A stretch of DNA of 64,000 bases from Chara braunii (taxonomy: Eukaryota; Plantae; Charophyceae): assembly GCA_003427395.1 (NCBI GenBank), contig BFEA01000026.1:5113860-5177859 (forward strand), given 5' to 3'. The notes beneath the pieces are model-generated. The model did no database searches, had not been told where the DNA came from, and saw nothing but the letters and a program-made list of their open reading frames with translations. Below, piece by piece: positions 63,701 to 64,000 of this stretch. Made by a program: the position numbers and the translations under genes. Position 1 is the first letter of the stretch. The number at the start of each line of letters is the position of its first letter.

Positions 63701-64000
63701 TGTAATAACCCTGTTCAGCAGTCGACCTGGGGCCCAAACCTTAGCCCCAGGCCACGCAGTTTGTGGAAGACTGCGCCGGGCTGTGTAACCAACACATGCC
63801 CCGGCCTGAGTATGGCTGTGGGACCGAACGCCAAGACTTAGGAAAATCAAAGGTCAAAGTCAACTGTCAGTCAAAGTACCATGCCAGGTCTTGGATCAGA
63901 TTCATTCACTTGTTGAGTGCAGGTACCCAGACTACGACCCAGGCCAAAGAAGATACAGTTGCAGATCTATCCAGACCCTCCAGGCAGGGAGATCTGGACG
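63701..64000. mobile_element. Probable start of another LTR insertion interrupting gag
   Basis: TGTAATAACCC at 63701, where gag similarity appears to stop; runs off the window. Confidence 0.4.

Overview
Repeat-dominated eukaryotic DNA, most consistent with a flagellated-sperm streptophyte such as Chara. This is an inference from the plant-type U6 3' end, TTTAGGG motifs, the transposon spectrum and a CFAP77 gene. Left half: three copies of a giant (7-8 kb) LTR-like repeat family (A <1-7336, B ~10187-17226, C ~24024-32107). Each carries an array of hairpins with a family-specific constant loop and unit-specific stems. A hAT insertion sits in copy A. Between B and C lies a decayed DIRS/PAT-type retrotransposon whose tyrosine recombinase is antisense to RT/RNaseH. 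Right half: a 2.4-kb foldback element, an E2F-motif cluster, telomere-like and MITE-derived satellites, and TTAA-bounded MITEs. Next is a 5'-truncated Naiad/Chlamys-like Penelope element with tandem RING-like domains and an HDV-like fold candidate, then three U6 snRNA relics all broken at or next to the AGC triad. Two coding exons of CFAP77 follow, and a decayed chromodomain Ty3/gypsy element with a nested solo LTR ends the window. Three Nextera mate-pair junction adapters and several N gaps mark local assembly artefacts. All calls were made by eye, with no database searches.
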